From Bdellovibrionota bacterium (GTDB lineage Bacteria > Bdellovibrionota_C > UBA2361 > JBIKWN01): a DNA stretch of 29,623 nt. A model generated the notes under the pieces. The model did not search any database, was not told the origin of the DNA, and worked only from the letters and a program-made list of their open reading frames with translations. Shown here in pieces: positions 18,688 to 26,209 of this stretch. How positions within the stretch are numbered: position 1 is the stretch's first letter; each line of letters starts with the position of its first letter. The stretch covers positions 1 to 29,623 of the forward strand of contig JBIKWN010000030.1 of assembly GCA_044356295.1 (NCBI GenBank), read 5' to 3'. The position numbers were made by a program, and so were the translations under genes.

Positions 18688-19661
18688 TAACAATTCAAAC
18701 TCTACAAAAAAAATATGTTGTTCCGAAATCTGTTAAGAAATCAGAGCTTCTTCAGGGGGCAGTATGCTCAATTAAAGCGGGGAATCTTCTGTGGAAAGAA
18801 GTGCAACCAGGGAAGCTTCATATTCTATCTTTAGCTCAGTTTTTTGATATTGAAGCAAAAAAGAGTCTTCAGTTGATGAATAGGAAAGTAGGAGAAATGC
18901 TCAGGAAGGGTGATGTTATTGCAAGGAAGAAATCGCTCTTATCATTTTTCAATCAGGAGCTAAAAGCTCCTACCAGTGGGGTTTTTGAAGATTTTCATGA
19001 ACCATCTGCTAGTGTTTTTTTTCGAGAATTACCAAAAGAAATTTTATTTCATTCACCAATGTCTGGAGATCTCCATGAAAATGACAACTCTATAACAATT
19101 GAATCCTTTGGACTTTGTATACAAGGTGCGTACGGTGAAGGCAGTCAGTGTTTTGGAGTATTTCAATGGAGTGACGATTTCTTAAAAAATCCTCATCAAT
19201 ATGAAGCCCCATTAGTATTAGGATTGAAGAATTCAGTAATTGAACCAGTTATCAGCCTATCAAACAAAATTAAGGCTGTAATAGCAGCATCACTATCTCT
19301 TTCAGATATTAAAATGCTTAATGACAGGGGCGTAAGTGTAGTCATTACCGAAGGAGTTGGTTCAGTTACGATGAGTAATGTATTAATGGGTGTCTTAGAC
19401 AAGTGTATAGGTAAGGAGGTCTCGGTTTTTCCTCAGACAAAAGTATATGCAGGAGCTATTCGTCCAACTATTTTTTGCTCTGACGTATCAGAACTTAGGA
19501 TACCTGAGAAAAAGAATATTTATCGTGGAATTCGAACTCCATTTTTAGGCGTCTATGGAATTTTAGAAAATGCAATCCAAGATTCGCTTCAATTAAAAAA
19601 CGAGCAAGGTCAAAGCATCCTAATTCAAAAACAGAATTCCTCTTCAGTTTTTCTTGAGTAA
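18684..19661 (+). CDS. Uncharacterised GlmL-associated protein with barrel-sandwich-hybrid-like motif
   Basis: KVGEMLRKGDVIA...LKAPTSG (biotinyl/lipoyl-hybrid-like), IQGAYGEG, VITEGVG...M, AGAIRP. ATGA overlap with glmL. Confidence 0.7.
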   Translation: MITIQTLQKKYVVPKSVKKSELLQGAVCSIKAGNLLWKEVQPGKLHILSLAQFFDIEAKKSLQLMNRKVGEMLRKGDVIARKKSLLSFFNQELKAPTSGVFEDFHEPSASVFFRELPKEILFHSPMSGDLHENDNSITIESFGLCIQGAYGEGSQCFGVFQWSDDFLKNPHQYEAPLVLGLKNSVIEPVISLSNKIKAVIAASLSLSDIKMLNDRGVSVVITEGVGSVTMSNVLMGVLDKCIGKEVSVFPQTKVYAGAIRPTIFCSDVSELRIPEKKNIYRGIRTPFLGVYGILENAIQDSLQLKNEQGQSILIQKQNSSSVFLE

Positions 19662-19662
19662 T

Positions 19663-20709
19663 TTACGCGGGATACCCGTTATATCGTTGACGAGTTCTTC
19701 TAGCGTTAAAACAGACTCCGTAGGCAGATTGTAAATCAAATGTAATGACGGTCATCTTGCCTCCACGAAGTTGTTCTCTAGGAAGCGAAACACCTAGTGT
19801 AAAACTTCTCCATGGGGTAATTTTTGCAAGATTTTTTGTAGTCGTTGATGACATTCTTTTTACAGACCCATTCGACCAGCGTGTATACATGTGCTTATCA
19901 AAGCCACTCATTAATGACATTAATACTAATGCTTCTTTAAATTTTCCATCTCCGAGAGGTTTTAATGATGAAGCTTTATTTCCTTTGTAAACACTTTCGT
20001 TAATTTGCACTGAAAGCGTAAAACCAGAAGCACGGTCTGATGCTGAAATTTTAGATAGATCCAAACTCATCACAACAAGATAGTTACTTTTCTTATCACA
20101 AGCGTCTTTTATAACATGTGATACCGCTACAAGAGTGCTTAGTGAAGAGTTTGAGCCACCTCCCGAGTAATTCCTCCAAGCGTCACCAAAAAAATAAGTA
20201 CACAACTCTTCGTCATCTCTGTGTGGAATATTGTCATTCTCTATTAGGTACGTGTATTCATAATAATCACGATATTCCGCTAGGGTATAGCCATTACACA
20301 TAGTTGCTGGACCAGATGAGGTATCTTGCGAAGAGCCAATAGTTAACTTTTTAGTAAATTTTCCACCAGGGGTTGCCAATTCTTGAATATAATTTATCTT
20401 AGACGATGCTTTTAATGCATTTTCAATACTCATTGCTTTTCTAAAACCAGCTGTATTTGCTGTAATAGTAGTTTTACCTGGTGCTTTAATTTCAAGATTT
20501 AAAGTTGAGGTTTCTCTCGCTTTCGAAAAGAAAACAAGATTTATTTTCTTTGTAGTTTCTTGTGGCTGAAAAACTATTTCATTTACTTTGCCAAGTGTAA
20601 TTGAAACATTTCTTTCTTGGGTTGATGCATCAGCAGTGAAGAAGAGAGTTGAAAAAAGTACGGTTAGAAAGAAGCAGTTTAGAGTCGAAGGATTATACTT
20701 AATTTTCAT
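19663..20709 (-). CDS. Hypothetical exported protein
   Basis: 348-aa ORF with a signal-peptide-like N-terminus ending in TADA. No family recognised. Convergent with the GlmL operon, stops 1 nt apart. Confidence 0.7.
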   Translation of the reverse strand: MKIKYNPSTLNCFFLTVLFSTLFFTADASTQERNVSITLGKVNEIVFQPQETTKKINLVFFSKARETSTLNLEIKAPGKTTITANTAGFRKAMSIENALKASSKINYIQELATPGGKFTKKLTIGSSQDTSSGPATMCNGYTLAEYRDYYEYTYLIENDNIPHRDDEELCTYFFGDAWRNYSGGGSNSSLSTLVAVSHVIKDACDKKSNYLVVMSLDLSKISASDRASGFTLSVQINESVYKGNKASSLKPLGDGKFKEALVLMSLMSGFDKHMYTRWSNGSVKRMSSTTTKNLAKITPWRSFTLGVSLPREQLRGGKMTVITFDLQSAYGVCFNARRTRQRYNGYPA

Positions 20710-20781
20710 ATAGTCTAATCGGATCTAGATGAATAGTTGTTTCTGATAAAATCAGGCTAATTCAAATAAATAAATCAATAT

Positions 20782-20915
20782 AATCAAGTAGTTAGATAGA
20801 GAGTAGCAGTTCTTCGCGCTATAGGACCAAACCCGAAAAAATCGTCACGCATAGTTTCTTTCAAGCTTTTCAATCAGTTAGCTCAAAAGTCCCACTTAGT
20901 ATAATCAAACAGTTA
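20782..20915 (+). promoter_or_regulatory. Cluster of IHF-consensus boxes
   Basis: WATCAANNNNTTR matches: AATCAAGTAGTTA (20782-20794), AATCAAACAGTTA (20903-20915), and one-mismatch TTTCAATCAGTTA (20868-20880). Confidence 0.5.
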
Positions 20916-20994
20916 TGAAATATAGTCAGGATTTGTATCAGTTAAAAATTAGAAAACTTCGCTTAAAATTGAATTCTTAGTTACATTAGCCTCC

Positions 20995-21822
20995 GTGAGA
21001 GTTAGTAAAAATCCACCTATCGTTCCACCTGATTTATCAAAAGAAAAAACTAAACTACCTCAACGCTCCCCCCATCCCTTGGATATTTTGCTACAAGAGG
21101 CAGAAAAGCTAAAACGCCCAGTTACGTTGAATGATGTAAAAAAACTTCTTACCGAAAAGCAATTTAAAAAAATTCTTTTGCATGCTGCTAATGATAAAAA
21201 GTTATCCCTTCTATTAAAAATTCATTTTGCTCGAAGTTATATCTCTGAGCTTCCTCATGTAAAACAATCATCTGAAGCTTACAATCTAGTAACTTTGCGT
21301 CATAGAGGAGTAGGAGTATATTTTAAGAACGATCCTCAGTTGCTCCATTCATTTTCTTTGCAGTTTCTAAAAAGTCTTCTTAGACCACATATAGTTGACC
21401 AAGCGGAGTTAGTAGCAAGCGCAAATTCTCTATTAATCAGGGAGCAACTTCCCATAATCCAGTCGATACCTCTCCTTATTGAATCGCCTAAAAGATTTAT
21501 GCAGCAACTCAGTCAAGAACATAACGAGATTATTCAAAAGCGGCTTAAGAAAGAAGAATTTATTTCGACAATCATCGATTGTTTATTGGCTGATCAAGAA
21601 AAGAAGAAAGACTTAACAGATCAAGATTTTGCAAGGCTTCCGCTTGTAGAGCTGCTAGCTTACAGTGAAAAAAAATTACGAATTGGTTATGAGCAAACTA
21701 TGGCTACGATTGAAGAATTTTTCGGCACATGGGAGAGTGCTCGAGAAGAAGCTCGTAAGTTATACTTAGCCGGCTTATCCAATCGGGATGCTCAAAAAAA
21801 TAAAACTAAAAAGAAAAAATAA
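20995..21822 (+). CDS. Hypothetical basic helical protein
   Basis: 275-aa ORF with GTG start, C-terminal FFGTWESAREEA and a Lys-rich tail. Confidence 0.65.
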   Translation: MRVSKNPPIVPPDLSKEKTKLPQRSPHPLDILLQEAEKLKRPVTLNDVKKLLTEKQFKKILLHAANDKKLSLLLKIHFARSYISELPHVKQSSEAYNLVTLRHRGVGVYFKNDPQLLHSFSLQFLKSLLRPHIVDQAELVASANSLLIREQLPIIQSIPLLIESPKRFMQQLSQEHNEIIQKRLKKEEFISTIIDCLLADQEKKKDLTDQDFARLPLVELLAYSEKKLRIGYEQTMATIEEFFGTWESAREEARKLYLAGLSNRDAQKNKTKKKK

Positions 21823-21859
21823 GCATACAGTAATCGAACCTCTAAAGTGTTCGAGAAGC

Positions 21860-21886
21860 GGGGCGATGTCATTAAGCTGACGCCCC
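21860..21886. terminator. GC-rich hairpin between convergent genes (possible terminator)
   Basis: GGGGCG (21860-21865) pairs with CGCCCC (21881-21886). There is no strong U tract. Confidence 0.3.
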
Positions 21887-21972
21887 TAAACAGTATTCAA
21901 TAGAAATTAACGCAAAGGCCACAAAGGATGCCACAAGAAAATTCTACAAAGTTTTAAATATCTATCAATCCT

Positions 21973-22374
21973 CTACTTAACAAATTTATCAAGATCTGTT
22001 TCACTTCTAAGTTCCTGTCGAGCATGTTTTCTTCTTGTGTAGAATATAGCGATTACAGCTTGTGATGAAAAAAATATAAGTGCGCCACTCCACCACCCTA
22101 CACTCACTCTCGCGGTACCAGTAGAAGATGATAAATACGAACGGAAGAACAACATAATTATGGCAAGAATGGTACAAATCCATCCCCATATCTTAATGGC
22201 TCTATAATCTGAAATGAGTTTTTTATCAGAAGACAAAACATCAGCTTGCTTTTCAAGATTTGCATCAAAAAAAGTTCCACACTTGACGCATTGGCCTGTA
22301 TTTCTTGAAATGTCCCATGCTGAATCACTTTCTTCAAATGTATATTGGCAATTTTTGCAGGTTATGGTTCCCAT
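21973..22374 (-). CDS. Hypothetical zinc-ribbon protein with two TM helices
   Basis: CKNC...CVKC at the N-terminus, then two hydrophobic segments (IWGWICTILAIIMLFF; WWSGALIFFSSQAVIAIFY). Confidence 0.7.
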   Translation of the reverse strand: MGTITCKNCQYTFEESDSAWDISRNTGQCVKCGTFFDANLEKQADVLSSDKKLISDYRAIKIWGWICTILAIIMLFFRSYLSSSTGTARVSVGWWSGALIFFSSQAVIAIFYTRRKHARQELRSETDLDKFVK

Positions 22375-22561
22375 TATTTATAATTAGACAGCATAATTTT
22401 TAACCCAAAATACAGTTCGCATATGCATGACGGGTTCTAATATTTTATTATTATCGCAATTAGTCTTGAAGTATAACGTCATAAATCAACATTTCTACCC
22501 CAAAAGAACCCTTATTCAAATCAATTACTTAAATATGGGCAAAATCTGGTGGATTTTTTTG

Positions 22562-22603
22562 TTGTCTGGCGGCTGATATTAACGCATAATAATTGTAGAT
22601 ACA
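22562..22603 (+). promoter_or_regulatory. sigma70-type promoter and palindromic operator of brnTA
   Basis: TTGTCT (22562-22567), 17-nt spacer, CATAAT (22585-22590), then TGTA-GA-TACA palindrome (22594-22603) just before the ATG at 22608. Confidence 0.55.
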
Positions 22604-22607
22604 TAAA

Positions 22608-22897
22608 ATGTTCATTTGGGACACAAATAAAGCACAGTCAAATTTTGATAAGCATGGTGTCTCCTTTGAAGAGGCGTAACGGCTTTTGACGATGAATCGG
22701 GGATTGAACTTGAAGATCTCAAGCATTCAATTGCAGAGAAGCGATTTGCAAGGTTTGCAAAATCTTCTGGAGGCCGTGTTCTCACTGTAATTTTTACTAT
22801 TCGGAGATTAAGCAATGGCAAAGAAACTATCAGGATCATCAGCGCGAGGGCGGCGTCCCGCAAAGAACGCGAAAATTATTCCAGACTCAGAAATTGA
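22608..22897 (+). pseudogene. brnT: BrnT-family toxin, frameshifted
   Basis: Frame 1 reads MFIWDTNKAQSNFDKHGVSFEEA then TAA at 22677. The -1 frame continues VTAFDDESGIELEDLKHSIAEKRF...VLTVIFTIR...IRIISARAASRKERENY to TGA 22895-22897. WD..K...N..KHG.SFEEA and RIISAR.A...ER are BrnT hallmarks. Confidence 0.85.
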
Positions 22898-23108
22898 CTT
22901 CAGTGATATCCCTGAATTTACTGATGAAGAGTTGGCACGCGCTAGGCCTGTTGGTCGCCCAAAAATTGAGAACCCCAAAAAACTCATGGCAATTCGCATG
23001 TCACCAAATTTGATATACGAGCTTCGCAAATTAGCAAAGAAGAAAAAGAAACCTTATCAGACGCTACTTCATGAGCTTCTAGAAAAAGCTGTAAGAAATG
23101 CCGCTTGA
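22815..23108 (+). CDS. brnA: BrnA-family antitoxin (ribbon-helix-helix)
   Basis: IDFSDIPE, GRP, K...AIR and PYQT motifs; overlaps the brnT 3' end. Confidence 0.85.
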   Translation: MAKKLSGSSARGRRPAKNAKIIPDSEIDFSDIPEFTDEELARARPVGRPKIENPKKLMAIRMSPNLIYELRKLAKKKKKPYQTLLHELLEKAVRNAA

Positions 23109-23153
23109 ATTAGCCAGATAACGTTTGGATGAGCAGTTTTAAACTAATATAAA

Positions 23154-23702
23154 TCATAGCTTAATCCGAGTACTGGTAGGAACAAAATCTCTTCTATCAT
23201 TTGGAACAGTTAACGCATCATCACCCCAGTTGTGATTAACCTTAGTATTATAAGCAAACCGCCCTTCTTCATTAGGGTCATACGTTTTACTGGTAATATA
23301 GAATAAATGCGCTTCATCACTTAGAACTTTAAGCCCATGAAGAACCCCAGGAGGGATTTTTACACACGTTTCAAATACTGAATTTCCGTATTTTTTTTCA
23401 CCAACTTGAAAGACCATTTTTTTAGTATACGTTTGGCTCTCAGGTCGATCGTCATAAAGAACTACTTCGGCGTGTCCAATTGGCAAATACCACCAATCAG
23501 TTTGTTCATGATGATAATGCCAAGCTTTTACAACATTTTTAATCATGCGGCTGTGACTCCACTGACCAAAGCCACCCTCGTCAAAAAAATTATCCGTTTT
23601 TCGTATTATTTCGCGAAAAAATCCTCGGTCATCGGCGTGACTCTTTAAGTCTTTTAAAAACACACCAATTATTTCTTGATTAAGTGATTCGATTGTAGTC
23701 AT
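23154..23702 (-). CDS. dTDP-4-dehydrorhamnose 3,5-epimerase (RmlC/RfbC)-family cupin
   Basis: HADDRGFFRE, VVKAWHYH, DDRPESQTY, IPPGVLHG, YDPNEE. Confidence 0.85.
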   Translation of the reverse strand: MTTIESLNQEIIGVFLKDLKSHADDRGFFREIIRKTDNFFDEGGFGQWSHSRMIKNVVKAWHYHHEQTDWWYLPIGHAEVVLYDDRPESQTYTKKMVFQVGEKKYGNSVFETCVKIPPGVLHGLKVLSDEAHLFYITSKTYDPNEEGRFAYNTKVNHNWGDDALTVPNDRRDFVPTSTRIKL

Positions 23703-23708
23703 AACGTT

Positions 23709-24671
23709 TTATTTTGTAAGAGCTCGATTAATTCTATCCATAATAGCGGCGCCAATTCCGACAGGCTCGCATTCATCGATAAGGATAATATCTAATTGCA
23801 TTTGATCAAGCGAGCGTAAAGCTTCATAAAGGCGAGCCGCGATCATTCTTTCATTTCGATTTTCACTTAAAATTTCTATCGCGGCAAAATCATGCTCACA
23901 TCCTTTATCTGCACTGAATGCAATAAGTCCAATTCTTTCGTAGTAATTTGCTCCAAAATCAAAACCGGAAAGAAGTTTTAATTTCGTTCTTGGAGCATAG
24001 TGGATAGAGCCTTGCCCTGGTGAAATTTGTGCTACGTGTTGAACTGAATTTTGTATTGTTGTCTCAATAGGAATTCCAAGTGCACCCTCAATTTGATTTT
24101 TAGTAATAGCCCCGGGTCGTAAAATAATAGGTTTTTTTGCATTCAAAAGTGAAAGTACTGTTGATTCAATGCCTACGTTGCAGGTTCCACCTTCTAAGAT
24201 ATAAGGAGTATCGTCACTAAATTCCTTTCTCACATGGTCACTTGTGGTTGGGCTTATATAGTTTGAGCGATTAGCACTTGGAGCTGCGAGAGGAAAGGGG
24301 ATTTTATTTAGTAGTTCAAGAGTAACAGGATGATTGGGAATCCTTAGTGCTACTGACTGATGGCCAGCAGAGATAATATCAGGAATGAGAAAAGATTTCG
24401 GAACAACAACTGTTAAGGATCCTGGCCAAAAAGGTTTGAGTTTTTCAAGTAATGGCACAATTTCATGTGCTGAATTTTTATCAATAAAGGGAAGCATTTT
24501 TTCAATGCTCGGAACATGACAAATAAGCGGATTTGTTGCTGGGCGATTCTTTAAGGTAAAAATCTTTTGAACTGCTTTTTCATTAAGTGCATTTGCAGCA
24601 AGTCCATAAACTGTTTCTGTTGGAATGACAACAAGCTCTCCATTCGTTAATAACGTAACAGCCTTATCCAT
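23709..24671 (-). CDS. sua5: L-threonylcarbamoyladenylate synthase (Sua5 type, YrdC + SUA5 domains)
   Basis: PTETVYGLAANA, KNRPATNPLICH, AAPSANRS, GIESTV, LRPG, SPGQ...HYAP, IMDRINRA. The likely start is ATG 24671 (overlapping the dus stop) or 24683, not 24722. Confidence 0.93.
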   Translation of the reverse strand: MDKAVTLLTNGELVVIPTETVYGLAANALNEKAVQKIFTLKNRPATNPLICHVPSIEKMLPFIDKNSAHEIVPLLEKLKPFWPGSLTVVVPKSFLIPDIISAGHQSVALRIPNHPVTLELLNKIPFPLAAPSANRSNYISPTTSDHVRKEFSDDTPYILEGGTCNVGIESTVLSLLNAKKPIILRPGAITKNQIEGALGIPIETTIQNSVQHVAQISPGQGSIHYAPRTKLKLLSGFDFGANYYERIGLIAFSADKGCEHDFAAIEILSENRNERMIAARLYEALRSLDQMQLDIILIDECEPVGIGAAIMDRINRALTK

Positions 24672-25797
24672 TTGCAACTGCATCGAATTGATTCCTATCT
24701 TGAAGCTGTGTCTTAAATGCATCTGACTCGATTAGTTCCTCTGCGAGCTGTTGAGAAAGAGCCACTAACGTATCTTCATTAGCCTGTAAAAGCATCTGTG
24801 CAATTTTTATATGGATATCAGGGTTAGGACTCGCTAAAAGACGGTCAATAGGATCAAGTGAAGATTCATTGATCGTTCTTGATTGCATCAAGGGGTGTAG
24901 TTTTGATTCATCAAGATATCGGTCTTTAGGAAGGTACTGATAGCGGTGAAAAAACGCGAAATGCCAAGGAAGGAACTGCATAATTCGTCGAATTCCCTTT
25001 TCGTCATCTCTAAAATGTTCTTTCAAAAATTTAGTAAAAAGAAAAAGAATCTCTACTCTTTCTTTAGGTGAAAATTGCAGTGTTTTTGATTCATTAATTT
25101 CTTGGAACAACCAAGGTTTAATTAACGCTCCCCTACCAAGCATAATGCCATCAACGTGAGATTGTTCTAGTCGCGCCTCTGCTTCGTAGTGAGTAAGTAT
25201 ATCGCCGTTTCCTATAACTGGAATTTTTACAGCTGCTTTAACCTCTGCGATAGCTTGCCAATCGGCTGCACGACTATAGCGTTGTTCCCTTGTTCTTCCA
25301 TGAACAGTAATAGCACTTGCACCGGCACGTTCTGCTGCGAGTGCTGATTCAATAAAGTTTTTTTCATCTTCTTTCCAACCTAATCGAATTTTTACAGTCA
25401 CCGGAACTGAAATTTTTGAAACCATACCAGAGACTAATGATTCAATTGTGCGAGTTTTTTTTAAAAGACTCGCTCCAAGTCCACGACGTGTTGTGTCTTC
25501 AATAGGGCAGCCACAATTTATATCTATAAAATCTGCACCCATATCGATTGCAATTTTTGCAGCTTCTGTTGCTTCGATTGGATCTTTCGCAGCTAGTTGC
25601 ACACCAAATATTTTTTCATCTGCATGACGTCTTAATAGTGCTTTTTCTCGCACTTCGCCTTTTACGACAAACCTTGCATAAGCCATCTCTGATACTGTAA
25701 TAGCAGCGCCAAAATGGCAGCAAAGTCTGCGAAAGGGGAGGTTACCCCCCTTGGTTAAAGGGGCTAAAATAACGGAGTTTTTGAAATTTATTGGCAT
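24664..25797 (-). CDS. tRNA-dihydrouridine synthase (Dus3-like)
   Basis: LAPLTKGGNLPFRRLC, DINCGCP, VTVKIRLG, HGRTREQRY, GNGDI, GRGALIKPWLF. Confidence 0.92.
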   Translation of the reverse strand: MPINFKNSVILAPLTKGGNLPFRRLCCHFGAAITVSEMAYARFVVKGEVREKALLRRHADEKIFGVQLAAKDPIEATEAAKIAIDMGADFIDINCGCPIEDTTRRGLGASLLKKTRTIESLVSGMVSKISVPVTVKIRLGWKEDEKNFIESALAAERAGASAITVHGRTREQRYSRAADWQAIAEVKAAVKIPVIGNGDILTHYEAEARLEQSHVDGIMLGRGALIKPWLFQEINESKTLQFSPKERVEILFLFTKFLKEHFRDDEKGIRRIMQFLPWHFAFFHRYQYLPKDRYLDESKLHPLMQSRTINESSLDPIDRLLASPNPDIHIKIAQMLLQANEDTLVALSQQLAEELIESDAFKTQLQDRNQFDAVANG

Positions 25798-25905
25798 GAT
25801 CTTTTAGTTAACTATTTGATATTACTCTAGATAATTATTTATCTATTTTCTGAAATGAAAACTCTTCTCTTTTTTTAAGCACGTGCCGATTACACTCCTT
25901 ATAGG

Positions 25906-25932
25906 AACCTAAAGAAAGTCGTTCTTAAGGTT
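25906..25932. promoter_or_regulatory. Inverted repeat, candidate transcription-factor site
   Basis: AACCTAAAGAA-agtcg-TTCTTAAGGTT (10/11 match), 25 nt upstream of the His-rich peptide start. Confidence 0.4.
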
Positions 25933-25957
25933 TCTTGAACATTATTTCGGAGAAATT

Positions 25958-26116
25958 ATGAAAAATAAACTAAGCCTTTACCTTTTACTTTCAGCACTTA
26001 TTGTAGTTGGTTTCGTAGCACCTGTATTCGCTGATCATCATGAAGGTGACCACAAAAAAGAAGAGCATAAAGATGGTGAGCATCACGACGGAGATCACCA
26101 CGAAGAGAAGAAATAA
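25958..26116 (+). CDS. Small exported His/Asp/Glu-rich peptide (52 aa), putative metal-binding
   Basis: Below the ORF-track cutoff. GGAG RBS at 25949-25952. Sequence MKNKLSLYLLLSALIVVGFVAPVFA-DHHEGDHKKEEHKDGEHHDGDHHEEKK, followed by a terminator. Confidence 0.85.
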   Translation: MKNKLSLYLLLSALIVVGFVAPVFADHHEGDHKKEEHKDGEHHDGDHHEEKK

Positions 26117-26154
26117 TTTTTCCTAGTCTACTTCTTAGTAGGCTTAGTTAAGAG

Positions 26155-26179
26155 AAGGGAGGCGAAAGCCTCCCTTTTT
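26155..26179 (+). terminator. Intrinsic terminator, probably bidirectional (His-rich peptide / ppa)
   Basis: AAGGGAGGC-GAAA-GCCTCCCTT followed by TTT: a perfect stem with a GNRA loop between convergent genes. Confidence 0.85.
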
Positions 26180-26209
26180 AATTGAGCATCTCTGCTTTTT
26201 AATTATAAA

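Noticed and set aside
22529..23029. Three minus-strand ORFs (22529-22726, 22612-22863, 22808-23029)
   Set aside because: They are antisense shadows of the + strand brnT pseudogene and brnA.
21823..23153. Integron cassette array or prophage remnant
   Set aside because: There is no integrase, no convincing RYYYAAC...GTTRRRY attC pairs and no phage genes, and gene orientations are mixed.
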